A stretch of 64,000 nucleotides of DNA. Source: Antedon mediterranea (taxonomy: Eukaryota; Animalia; Echinodermata). The stretch lies in contig NC_092673.1 of assembly GCF_964355755.1 (NCBI RefSeq), forward strand, positions 2,170,001 to 2,234,000, given 5' to 3'. The notes under the pieces were generated by a model, which searched no databases, was not told the DNA's origin, and saw only the letters and a program-made list of their open reading frames with translations. Shown here piece after piece: positions 1-11,300 of the stretch. Made by a program: the position numbers and the translations under genes. Position 1 is the first letter of the stretch. Every line of letters starts with the position of its first letter.

Positions 1-374
1 TGTATTTATTCAAATTGCATGCAGACAATTTAAAAATGTTTGCAGAAAAATTCAGTATTTGACCAACCAAAGCATTGATATAACCAAACCTTACCTTCTT
101 TTTTTTTATAATTTAATACTTTATTTATAATTTAAATAATAATCCTACATTGATAAATAATCCAATAATAATATTATTTATATTATTATTAATAATTAAT
201 AATAATAATTATAAATTAATAAATAACAAATGTTTAAATAGGTCTACTACTAGGCTAGGCCTAGGTCTAGGCCTACCCTAGTAGTCTAGATTAGTAGGCC
301 TTAGCTAGGCCTATATTAGGCCTACTAAAACTAGGCTAGGCTAGGCCCTACACAATAATAAGTAGAAAACTCAC

Positions 375-458
375 CCAATTTTTAGCCTTGAAAAAGTTTA
401 CAAGAAAGGAACCAAGTGCACCTTTGCCACCATAAATAAGAATTTTTTGACTTGCCAT
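375..458 (-). CDS. QDPR: Dihydropteridine reductase, first coding exon (gene continues beyond the window start)
   Basis: Reverse strand reads MASQKILIYGGKGALGSFLVNFFKAKNW, then a GTGAGT donor. It resembles the QDPR N-terminal Rossmann motif (VLVYGGRGALGS...F.A.NW). Too short for the ORF track. Confidence 0.85.
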
Positions 459-994
459 TTTTATTTTTGGGCAAAGCAATGGATAGGCCTAGAAGTTAAC
501 AGGAGATGAAGGTGTTACGCGAATAAATCGATCGAACTCCAAAATGCCGGTTTTACTAATTTTTGTTGACCTGACCCACGTGCTGAAAAAAGAGCTATAT
601 ATCCAATACCAAATTGGCGAGTAAATCATGTTTTACTTAAAATTAAATTTATACGCTCTTCCACAAGGTCAATTGTTAGTTATACATACAGACTATATTA
701 AAACAATGATTTTGAACACGTAGGGCATTTCTTTGAATTCTTTCCTATTGTCGTTTTGTGGTAATTTACAGCTTTTTATATGTTTAACAAACGTACATAA
801 TCAATTGCGTCTGCATCTTGCTAGACTACAACTTCCGGTAGTGACGTAATCAGCATATTTTTGGTAATAAAACTTTTTCACTGAGCTAGAGAATCTTCTG
901 ATATCAATATTCATTAGACCGTACTTTAGTTAGCCAATCAAAATAAACGTATAAACAATTTTGCGGCGATGTTACATGTTGTTGAGGTAAATAT

Positions 995-2800
995 ACTGTG
1001 TTTTACAATAACCAATTTGGTTAGAGTAAAACACAATGATAAAGAATAGGAAACATTTAATAATAATTATGATAAATGACATTTACATAGCAATTTATCA
1101 CTGTGTTTTACTATAACCAATTTGGTTAGAGTAAAACACAATGATAAAGAATAGGAAACGTTTAATAATATGATAAATGTCATTACATAGCAATTTATCA
1201 CTGTGTTTTACTATAACCAATTTGGTTAGAGTAAAACACAATGATAAAGAATAGGAAACATTTAATAATATGATATATGACATTCACATAGCAATTTAGC
1301 ACTGTGTTTTACTAAAACCAATTTGGTTAGAGTAAAACACAATGATATAGAATAGGAAAAATTTAATAATTTGATAAATGACATTTACATAGCAATTTAG
1401 CACTGTGTTTTACTATAACCAATTTGGTTAAAGTAAAACACAATGATAAAGAATAGGAAACATTTGATAATATGATAAATGACATTTACATAGCAATTTA
1501 GCACTGTGTTTTACTATAACCAATTTGGTTAAAGTAAAGCAGAATGATAAAGAATAGGAATTTAATAATATGATATATGACATTTACATAGCAATTTAGC
1601 ACTGTGTTTTACTATAACCAATTTAGTTAGAGTAAAACACAATGATAAAAAATAGGAAACATTTAATAATAATGATTATTTACATAGCAATTTAGCACTG
1701 TGTTTTACTATAACCAATTTGGTTATAGTAAAACACAATGATAAAGAATAGGAAACATTTAATAATTTGATAAATGACATTCACATAGCAATTTAGCACT
1801 GTGTTTTACTATAACCAATTTGGTTATGGTAAAGCACAATGATATAGAATAGGAAACATTTAATAATATGATAAATTACATTTACATAGCAATTTAGCAC
1901 TGTGTTTTACTATAACCAATTTGGTTAAAGTAAAACATAATGATAAAGAATAGGAAACATTTAATAATTTGATAAATGACATTCACATAGCGATTTAGCA
2001 CTGTGTTTTACTATAACCAATTTGGTTATGGTAAAGCACAATGATATAGAATAGGAAACATTTAATAATATGATAAATGACTTACATAGCAATTTAGCAC
2101 TGTGTTTTACTATAAACAATTTGGTTAAAGTAAAACACAATGATAAAGAATATGAAACATTTAATAATTTGATAAATGACATTCACATAGCAATTTAGCA
2201 CTGTGTTTTACTATAACCAATTTGGTTATGGTAAAACACAATGATATAGAATAGGAAACATTTAATAATAATGATTATTTACATAGCAATTTATCACTGT
2301 GTTTTACTATAACCAATTTGATTATGGTAAAACACAATGATAAAGAATAGGAAACATTTAATAATAATAATGATTATTTACATAGCAATTTAGCACAATG
2401 TTTTACTATAACCAATTGGATTAGAGTAAAACACAATGATATAGAATAGGAACATTTAATAACATGATAAATGACATTCACATAGAAATTTAGCACTGTG
2501 TTTTACTATAACCAATTTGATTAGAGTAAAGCACAATGATAAAGAATAGGAAACATTTAATAATATGATAAATGACATTTACATAGTAATTTATCACTGT
2601 GTTTTACTATAACCAATTTGGTTAGAGTAAAACATTTTAACTATGATAAATGATATTTAGCACTGTGCTGGATACAGTAAAACACAAATAAAGAATAGGA
2701 AACATATAATAATATGATACATTTACATACAAATTTAGTATTGTGTTTTACTATAGCCAATTTGGTTACAGTAAAACACAATGATAATGAAACATTTATT
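995..2800 (+). repeat. Tandem array of ~101-bp units (about 17 good copies plus degenerate ones), each with a ~40-55-bp hairpin
   Basis: Core TGTGTTTTACTATAACCAA-T-TTGGTTA(G/T/A)AGTAAAACACA recurs at ~1101, 1201, 1302, 1403, 1504, 1602, 1698, 1799, 1900, 2001, 2100, 2201 and onward. Confidence 0.95.
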
Positions 2801-2864
2801 ATATGATGTTATTTACATAGCAAAATATTATATTAAACATATCTTATTATCTAAACGTTATGAT

Positions 2865-4760
2865 AAAGAATAGGATACATATAATGTAATAATATAATAA
2901 ATACAAGTTACATAGTTTATCATCTTGTTTTACAGAACCAATTTGGTGACACAGTTAAACACAGTGATAAAGAATAGATACTGTTTTAGGTTATATAACC
3001 CTAACCCTAGTTTGAAGCGACATAATAAATTCATCGCGAAAAAGTACGTATCGTATTCAGAAACTTTTGAAATTTGTTAGATATGTTTAATAGGTTCTTA
3101 CGTCTATAAAACAAACAAAAAATATAAATTTCACAAAAAATTCGTGATTTTAATAATTTGCATTTCTAAAAATGTACACTTATGAAATACCATACATTTT
3201 CCAACACATTTTTACTCCATTGATGATTCCCAGAAATCAAAATAAAACAAATTATGATATTTCTTTTACATTATAGATGTAAGAACCTATATTGAACATG
3301 TACCAAATTTCAAACGTTTTTCAAGACGATACGTATTTTTATCGATGAATTAAGTATGTGATCGCTTCAAACTAGGGTTAGGGTTAAATAACCTAACAGT
3401 TCCATTCTTTAACACTGTGTTTAACTTTTAACCAAATTGGTTTTAGTACAACACAATGATAAACTATGTACATTTTATTTTTCATATTACATTATAGGAT
3501 ACATATAATGGAATAATAATAAATACAAGTTACATAGTTTATCATCTTGTTTTACAGAACCAATTTGGTTACACAGTTAAACACAGTGATAAAGAATAGA
3601 CACTGTTTTAGGTTATATAACTCTAACCCTAGTTTGAAGCGATCACATACTTAATTCATCGCGAAAAAATACGTATCGTATTCAGAAACATTTGAAAATT
3701 GGTAAATATGTTCAATAGGTTCTTACGTCTATAAAACAAACAAAAAATAAAAGTTTCAAGACAAATTCGTGATTTTAATAATTTGCATTTCTAAACATTT
3801 ACACTTATGAAAGACAATACATTTCCAACACATTTTTACTTCATTGATGATTCAAATCAAAATAAAACTATTAGGATATTTCTTTTGCATTATAGATTTA
3901 AGAACCTATATTGAACATATCTACCAAATATCAAACGTTTTTCAAGACGATACGTATTTTTATCGATAAATTAAGTATGTGATCGCTTCAAACTAGGGTT
4001 AGGGTTAAATAACCTAACAGTTCCATTCTTTAACACTGTGTTTAACTTTAACCAAATTGGTTTTAGTACAACACAATGATAAACTATGTACATTTTATTT
4101 TTCATATTACATTATAGGATACATATAATGTAATAATAATAAATACAAGTTACATAGTTTATCATCTTGTTTTACAGAACCAATTTGGTTACACAGTTAA
4201 ACACAGTGATAAAGAATAGACACTGTTTTAGGTTATATAACTCTAACCCTAGTTTGAAGCGATCACATACTTAATTCATCGCGAAAAAATACGTATCGTA
4301 TTCAGAAACATTTGAAATTTGGTAAATATGTAATAGGTTCTTACGTCTATAAAACAAACAAAAAATAAAAGTTTCAAGACAAATTCGTGATTTTAATAAT
4401 TTGCATTTCTAAACATTTACACTTATGAAAGACAATACATTTCCAACACATTTTTACTTCATTGATGATTCCCAGAAATCAAAATAAAACTATTAGGATA
4501 TTTCTTTTGCATTATAGATGTAAGAACCTATATTGAACATATCTACCAAATATCAAACGTTTTTCAAGACGATACGTATTTTTAGCGATGAATATTAAAT
4601 ATGTGATCGCTTCAAACTAGGGTTAGGGTTAAATAAACTAAAACAGTTCTATTCTTTATCACTCACTGTGTTTAACCTTTAACCAAAATGGTTATAGTAA
4701 AACACAATGATAAACTTATATGTAAATTTTATTTTTCATAACATAAAATGTTTGATATTC
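2865..4760. repeat. Three tandem copies of a ~620-bp palindromic unit
   Basis: Units start at ~2871, ~3495 and ~4115. Each has long inverted arms (TAAC(C/T)CTAACCCTAGTTTGAAGCGA...TCGCTTCAAACTAGGGTTAGGGTTA) flanked by inverted variants of the 101-bp unit. Confidence 0.9.
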
Positions 4761-5307
4761 TTTATAATATTTAATATTATATTTTAGGCCTACTATTAAT
4801 TATGTATAAATGCACACTACATCTGAAATAACTTTCTACTTCATTGGCGATTCTTACCAAAAAAAAAGAACTAATTTTGTTATGTATATAGAGCAACCTA
4901 TTATAACATGTCTTGTATGATTTTTATCTCGTTTCAATGACATTTTATACTACAATTCAAATGAAAAAGCATCACAAAAAAATACGTCTGGTATTCAAAA
5001 AGTTTCTAAACTCGGTACACAGAAAAAACGAATATGTTGAAAATGTATGGTCTTTCATAAGTGTGAATTTTTAGAAATGCAAATAATGGAAGTCATCGAT
5101 TTGTCTTGAAATTTATAATTTGTTTTGTCTTATTGAACATATCCAAAAATTGTTTATTCTTGGGTAGAAATGAGGAAATAAATAGTATTCCTGTATAATA
5201 TAATAATCAATAATAAAGTATAAAAAAAAGTGTTGTGTAAACGAACGTTTTTTACGCTTCGAATTTTCTGTTACATTATGTTTGAATTGAAGCTACAGAT
5301 ATTGAAT

Positions 5308-5342
5308 CATGGACCTATAAATTAGTAATTTATAGGTCCATG
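5308..5342. mobile_element. 35-bp perfect palindrome, probable P-element-type excision footprint
   Basis: CATGGACCTATAAATTA-G-TAATTTATAGGTCCATG (17+1+17), flanked by ATTGAAT and ATTGAAC. Confidence 0.6.
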
Positions 5343-5594
5343 ATTGAACATATCGTCACTCACCACACATTTTTTGTTTTGTATTTCGAAAGTATTTATT
5401 CTAAAGAACAATTGATGCAAACATCAACTGCGTATCTTATTTCATTAATTAATTATATTAATTATAATTAGGCGATTATTCGTCACACGAAGCGTCGAAT
5501 ATCGATTCGTCTCGTCATGGGAAGAAAACGTGCATTGCGCACACTGTTTATGCGCCTCAACAATAAACGGCGAATATGCGATTCGTCACTAATT

Positions 5595-6411
5595 ATGGAA
5601 CGCCGTTTTACACAAGTTTTTGGCGATGATAAAAATTGCGTCGATGGTAAAATTGCGTCGATGAAAATTGCATCGACGCAATGAAAATTGCGTCGATGAA
5701 AACTGCATCGATGAAAATTGCGTCGATGAAAACTGCATCGATGAAAATTGATGTGATGAATTTAATTGATTATGAAAATTCCAAATGGTTTTAATTCAAT
5801 CAATGATGAAAATGACTACTAGTAAAGTAAATGATGATGTTAATAATGATGTTAATAATGATGTTAATAATGTTATTATGTTGCTAAAAATTGACGGTTT
5901 CTGAATATTTTGATATGATAAACATGTTTACCGCTTGCGCTAGCGCGCGTTATAGACAAGCGCACAGTGAGCGCGCACTAAAACAATGTTGAAATATATG
6001 CACTGATTAACATTTTAGTGATTTATTGTCAACACATTTTAGCAATGGATCCATTATTGTCCTTTCGGACACATTATATCTTCTAGCTAATTGCTTCCGT
6101 TAATCCACCAGTTCAGTACATAAAATTCAGATGTCCAGCATCCATGACATCATATTCAAATCATACCGGCAGGGAGATCGCAATTTTCATCGATGCAGTT
6201 TTCATCGATGCAGTTTTCATCGACGAAATTTTCATCACATTAACGCAATTTTCAGTACATCGACGCAATTTTCATCGACGCAATGTTCATCACATCGACT
6301 TAAATTTTCATTACATCAATACTATATTCATCGACGCAATTTTCATCACATCGACGCAATTTTCATTGCATCATCGACGCGATTTTATCATCGCCTAAAC
6401 TGGCATTCCAT
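5595..6411. mobile_element. 817-bp foldback/MITE with 15-bp subterminal tandem repeats
   Basis: Ends ATGGAACGCC...GGCATTCCAT. Repeats ATGAAAA(T/C)TGC(G/A)TCG at ~5625-5760 are inverted at ~6178-6395. Direct repeat ACTAATT at 5588-5594 and 6412-6418. Confidence 0.8.
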
Positions 6412-6759
6412 ACTAATTGCGTGTGATCTGATTGGTGTATTATAAATAAATTCATCGCGATGAATTTTTCAGTAGATGTAATGAGACAGTTCAGTAGATG
6501 TAATGACAGTTAATTTAATTGTTCTGCTCTTTTTGTACAAATCTATACTACTTTATATTATGGATTTTGTAGTACTGTTAAAATTATTAAATCTCTGGAA
6601 GTGTGTTTTACGAGTATGTCCGCAAATTTATGCGTTTACGGTTTTAAAATGTGAGTTTTAAATAGCGAACATGATCTTGTTAGGTGCACTACGCACGCAG
6701 TATTCCAAAATGTCTTACTAATTAGGAGAAAATCATATTGTATCATATCATATTATATC

Positions 6760-7820
6760 CATTCTTTAAATTCATATTCTTTATCCAAAACTAAATTGGT
6801 ATAGTAAAACACAGTGCTAGCAATTTATCATATTATTAAATGTTTCATATTCTTTATTATTGTGCTTTACTCTAATCAAATTGGTATAGTAAAACACAGT
6901 GCTAAATTGCTATGTGAATGTCATTTATCATATTTTTAAATATTTCCTATTCTTTATCATTGTGTTTAACTCTAACCAAATTGGTTATAGTAAAACACAG
7001 TGCTAAATTGCTATGTAAATGTTATATATCATATTATTAAATTCCTATTCTTTATCATTGTGTTTTACTCTAACCAAATTGGTTATAGTAAAACACAGTG
7101 ATAAATTGCTATGTAAATGTAATTTATCATATTATTAAATGTTTCCTATTCTTTATCATTGTGTTTTACTCTAACCAAATTGGTTATAGTAAAACACAGT
7201 GATAAATTGATATGTAAATGTAATTTATCATGTTATTAAATGTTTCCTATTCTTTATCGTTGAGTTTTACTCTAATCAAATTGGTTATAGTAAAACACAG
7301 TGCTAAATTGCTATGTAAATGTTATATATCATGTTCATATTATTAAATGTTTCCTATTCTTTATCATTGTGTTTTACTCTAATCTGATTGGTTATAGTAA
7401 AACACAGTGCTAAATTGCTATGTGAATGTCATTTATCATGTTATTCAATGTTTCCTATTCTTTATCATTGTGCTTTACTCTAACCAAATTGGTTATAGTA
7501 AAACACAGTGCTAAATTGCTATGTAAATGTCATTTATCATGTTATTAAATGTTTCTTATTCTTTATCATTGTGTTTTACTCTAACCAAATTGGTTATAGT
7601 AAAACACAGTGCTAAATTGCTATGTAAATGTCATTTATCATATTATTAAATGTTTCCTATTCTTTATCATTGTGTTTTACTCTAACCAAATTGGTTATAA
7701 TTTATTTAATTTCATTTCAAAAGACATTTACCTAAATTTCTATTTAAATGTCATTTATCAAATTATTAAATGTTTCCTATTATTTATCTGGTTATATAGT
7801 AAAACACTGTGCTAAATTGT
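6760..7820 (-). repeat. Inverted array of the ~101-bp hairpin unit (about 10 copies)
   Basis: Reverse complement of the 995-2800 array (...TGTTTCCTATTCTTTATCATTGTGTTTTACTCTAACCAAATTGGTTATAGTAAAACACAGTGCTAAATTGCTATG...). Confidence 0.95.
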
Positions 7821-8042
7821 TATTGTATTAAGGACGAGTTCCGAGAAGATGTATTCAAAGCTACAACCAATCAGAACAGTGTTAATCAATATAGTCCATG
7901 GCTACAGCCAATCAGAAACGTCCAAATCGCAATAACCCCTAGGCTAATAGAAATTATTGGTCCGAGTAGCCTTTTCAACCAGACGTTGCGAGGTTTAAAA
8001 AGTAAAACATGATTTACTCGCCAGTTTGGTATAGTTTATATA

Positions 8043-8306
8043 CCTGGAAAAAAAGTTCATTGCTTGTAAACTTTGACATAATGACGTCACGTCAAAAAAT
8101 AGGTGGCGCTGTATCTATCGAAAAAAAAACGAGCTGAGTTGTAGATTGATAGGGATTTTTCAAAAGGCGTATTATCCCGGAAGATATTAATAATTGATAA
8201 TTTATCATTTTATAATAAAACAGTACATTAATGCAAACAAGAAATACTATCTTTAGGCACAAAAGCCGGTTTAGGACCGTCCGCTACACATATTTGTTCA
8301 CCTATA
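8043..8306 (+). promoter_or_regulatory. Probable KCMF1 proximal promoter / 5' UTR
   Basis: Perfect CRE TGACGTCA at ~8082 and relative CpG enrichment just upstream of the ATG. CCAAT boxes at ~7866 and ~7907 lie inside the foldback end. Confidence 0.4.
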
Positions 8307-11300
8307 ATGTCTCGACATGAAGGTAAGTTTAACCATTCCGAGTCGCAAACAGACCCTGCGAGCGGTTTCGAAGCACTGTCGCTCGTGCAAAATACCTCGC
8401 ATGGCCTCTGTTGCTTTTGGAAAGGCCTAGGCCTAGAGGTTATATTTTAGTAAGGCATGTAGAAACTATAAAACAACTTTCTTTCTCTGTTAACTAACAA
8501 TAATATTTTATACAAATGGTTCTTTAACCAGATAAACTTGTTTATTTTTAAAATAAAAAGATTTTTGTTTAGCAAGAAATAAAAACTTAACAAAAAGCTT
8601 GGTTTGGGCCAGTTTTTGCTTAATATTTGCCAGTCAAACCTTTACATAGATTTACCTAGTTTACAAATTGTACTGAAACATACCAGCAGGTAAGCATACC
8701 TTGATAACTGAATAATTTTATTTTGTCTTTTTTTACCGAACCCATTCACAAAGTATGATGAGTATGTTGTTCCTTTGCAATGTAAACCTCTCTTCATATA
8801 GTAATACCTTACTGTAATAGGATTTCAATGGTAAATATTTAAAGAATTACTATCTTGTCACAATCACATGGACCTATATTTTCTAAACGTCAGAGCAACG
8901 ATTCAACTAAAAGACAATAAAACTACAACTGACGTATTAGGCAGAGGGAAGTAGCAGACTACACAGTGCCCAGAGGTTGACACAGAATCGAAAATTTATA
9001 ATAATATCAAAAGCATTGATGCAATGATTTGATTGGTACTTAACCTTGAGTACAGCTACATTGAGTATCATGTTAGTTAACATAGTACGAAAAATCTTCA
9101 TTAGTTTAACATAAATCAATGTTTACTATTTGAATTTTTTTAAATGTTTGAACTTAACAATAAAACTATACTCGACGTTAGAGTCCCAATCTCATACGCC
9201 AATTTAACAGTGTAAATGTTATTGTGTAACTGCAAAAACTTATTTTACCCAAGTTGGTAGACTATGTTATGTTTGTATATAATGTGTACAAATGCAGTTT
9301 CAGTTTTCACCAAATTAAAAACATTAAACACTCATTAGCATACTTTTTTTGCAGGTGTCAGTTGTGATTCATGCATGAAAAGTAATTTTCGTGGCCGACG
9401 TTACAAGTGTCTTATTTGTTACGATTACGATCTATGTGCAAGCTGCTACGAAAATGGTGCTACAACCCCAAGACACACAGCTGAACACCCAATGCAGTGC
9501 ATATTAACTAGATCAGATTTTGGTAGGTTTTGGTAAAATGGATGTATGATATAGTACAGATTGAGGTGTGGGTGTCAAAACATTAAGTGGGTAGTTGGGA
9601 AAGAAATAAAATTTTCATCTACCCATGTTTCTTGGATGGGTTCTATGTTGTGTGTTGTTCTCAGTGGAAGAGCTTAAAATAAGTTTAGGGTGGGTGGAAG
9701 ACTTTAAAGGTGCATGTACTGTTCTCGCCCACAAAGCAAAATTACATCTGTACCATAATTTTCGAAAGCAGCGAATATTGTCTATAGCAATTCTGTATAA
9801 TGTTTATTTTCAATTCAATCAATTTGGAAACATACATCATTATTATTATTATTATTATATAATATTATTATTCATATTAAAGCAAATAACATGATATGTA
9901 CGAATTAAAAGATGTTTACTATATAATTTCAATATAAAATTTATTGACAAAAACAGAGATTGACGTTTCGGTACCATCATAGAACCATAATAAAACATTT
10001 AGATAAGAATACAAATGGTTCTAATATACAATAGTTTACCGATGTTCCTAATTGTTTTACTAGATATATATTACGGAGGAGAATCAATTACTTTAGAGCA
10101 AACGCAGGCGTTTACCTGCCCGTACTGCGGAAAAATGGGGTTCACAGAAATCACGTTACAAGAGCATGTTACGTCGGACCATGCAGATTCCTCACAGGAA
10201 GTGGTAAGTCTGTTTCTAAGATTAAATAGAATAATTATTAAATTGAAATGTACAGTAAAAGGTGGTACCAATCCATAGCGTTTGTGTATTGGTACAATAA
10301 TAATATTACTAATAATAATAATACCACATTTATATAGCACCCTTTTCATGAGTAATCATGCTCAAAGGCGCTTTACAAGCATTATTACCCCAGTATTTTT
10401 GTTGGATCAAACGCATCAAACTAGGTACTCATTTAATACACCTGGGTGGAGAGAGGTAAATGTAAGTAAAGTGCCTTGCCTAAGGTACAGTTAAGTTGGT
10501 AATACTATCTATACATATTTTACTTGGTTGTGGTATATTTGGAATGGTACATAGGGGTTGGTATCTTAAGTATGTTACAGTTGGTATAGATATTTTATAT
10601 ATTTTGTATCTTTGTGATTAATATCGTGCAGTTACATCAATTAAAATATTGAGTATGGTGCGCCAATATTGTTAATGATTTGGTTGTATGATGGATGGTA
10701 ACTTTAAAGAATGTTTGTCATAACATTTTAGGTGTGTCCTGTCTGTGCAGCTGTCCCAGGAGGTGAACCAAACTTAGTGACAGATGATTTTGCAGCGCAT
10801 CTTACTTTAGAACATAGAACAGTCAGAGATCTTATATCCTTTTGTTTTATTATATTTATTTAATTTCAGTAAAACAGAAAAGTTACAGAAAAGATACACA
10901 ATTATAGTATACAAAGTAAACAAAACATTTGTCAATTAAATGTTATATCAGATGATATAATAAAGTCATAAAAACATATAACTGTAATGGAACTGTAGCT
11001 TGGTGGTTAACATGCTTGCCTTCAAATCTTAAGGTCCCAGGTTCAATCCTGACCTAGTGCCAGGGTTCAATCCTGACCTAGTGCCAGGGTTGTACTTTCA
11101 CTCACAAATCTTTCAACTCCACTCTTAAATGAGACTTTGTTTATAAGCACGATAAATTATAAAATATTTTACCCATCCTGTAATTGCCGAGTTTGTGCTC
11201 ACTGTTGGATTAAATCCAAAGGCAAATTACTGACAAAATGCAATGGGTATCAGTGGCTAGATCTCAATGGAGATACAAAATAAAATAAGCACTGAAAAAT

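Larger units (their letters stand above)
596..8042. mobile_element. Large non-autonomous foldback-type element with modular inverted arms
   Basis: Inverted termini ATACCAAA(T/C)TGGCGAGTAAATCATGTTTTACTT at ~606-638 and ~8000-8032, with TATATA outside both ends. Inverted ~101-bp tandem arrays lie inside each end. No transposase ORF. Confidence 0.65.

Noticed and set aside
995-2800. CRISPR-like look (palindromic repeat plus spacer)
   Set aside because: The spacers are copies of one another, the context is eukaryotic and there are no cas genes. It is a satellite.
2996-4632. TTAGGG/CCCTAA hexamers as an interstitial telomere
   Set aside because: At most two hexamers per arm, at fixed positions inside a repeated palindromic unit.
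1098-8012. Short ORFs at 1098, 1961, 6131, 6144, 7609 and 7809
   Set aside because: Translations of repeat or element sequence with no recognisable domain.
10988-11060. Possible tRNA gene
   Set aside because: A and B boxes are present, but I could not fold a full cloverleaf and it continues into a SINE body and tail. The same applies at ~32225.
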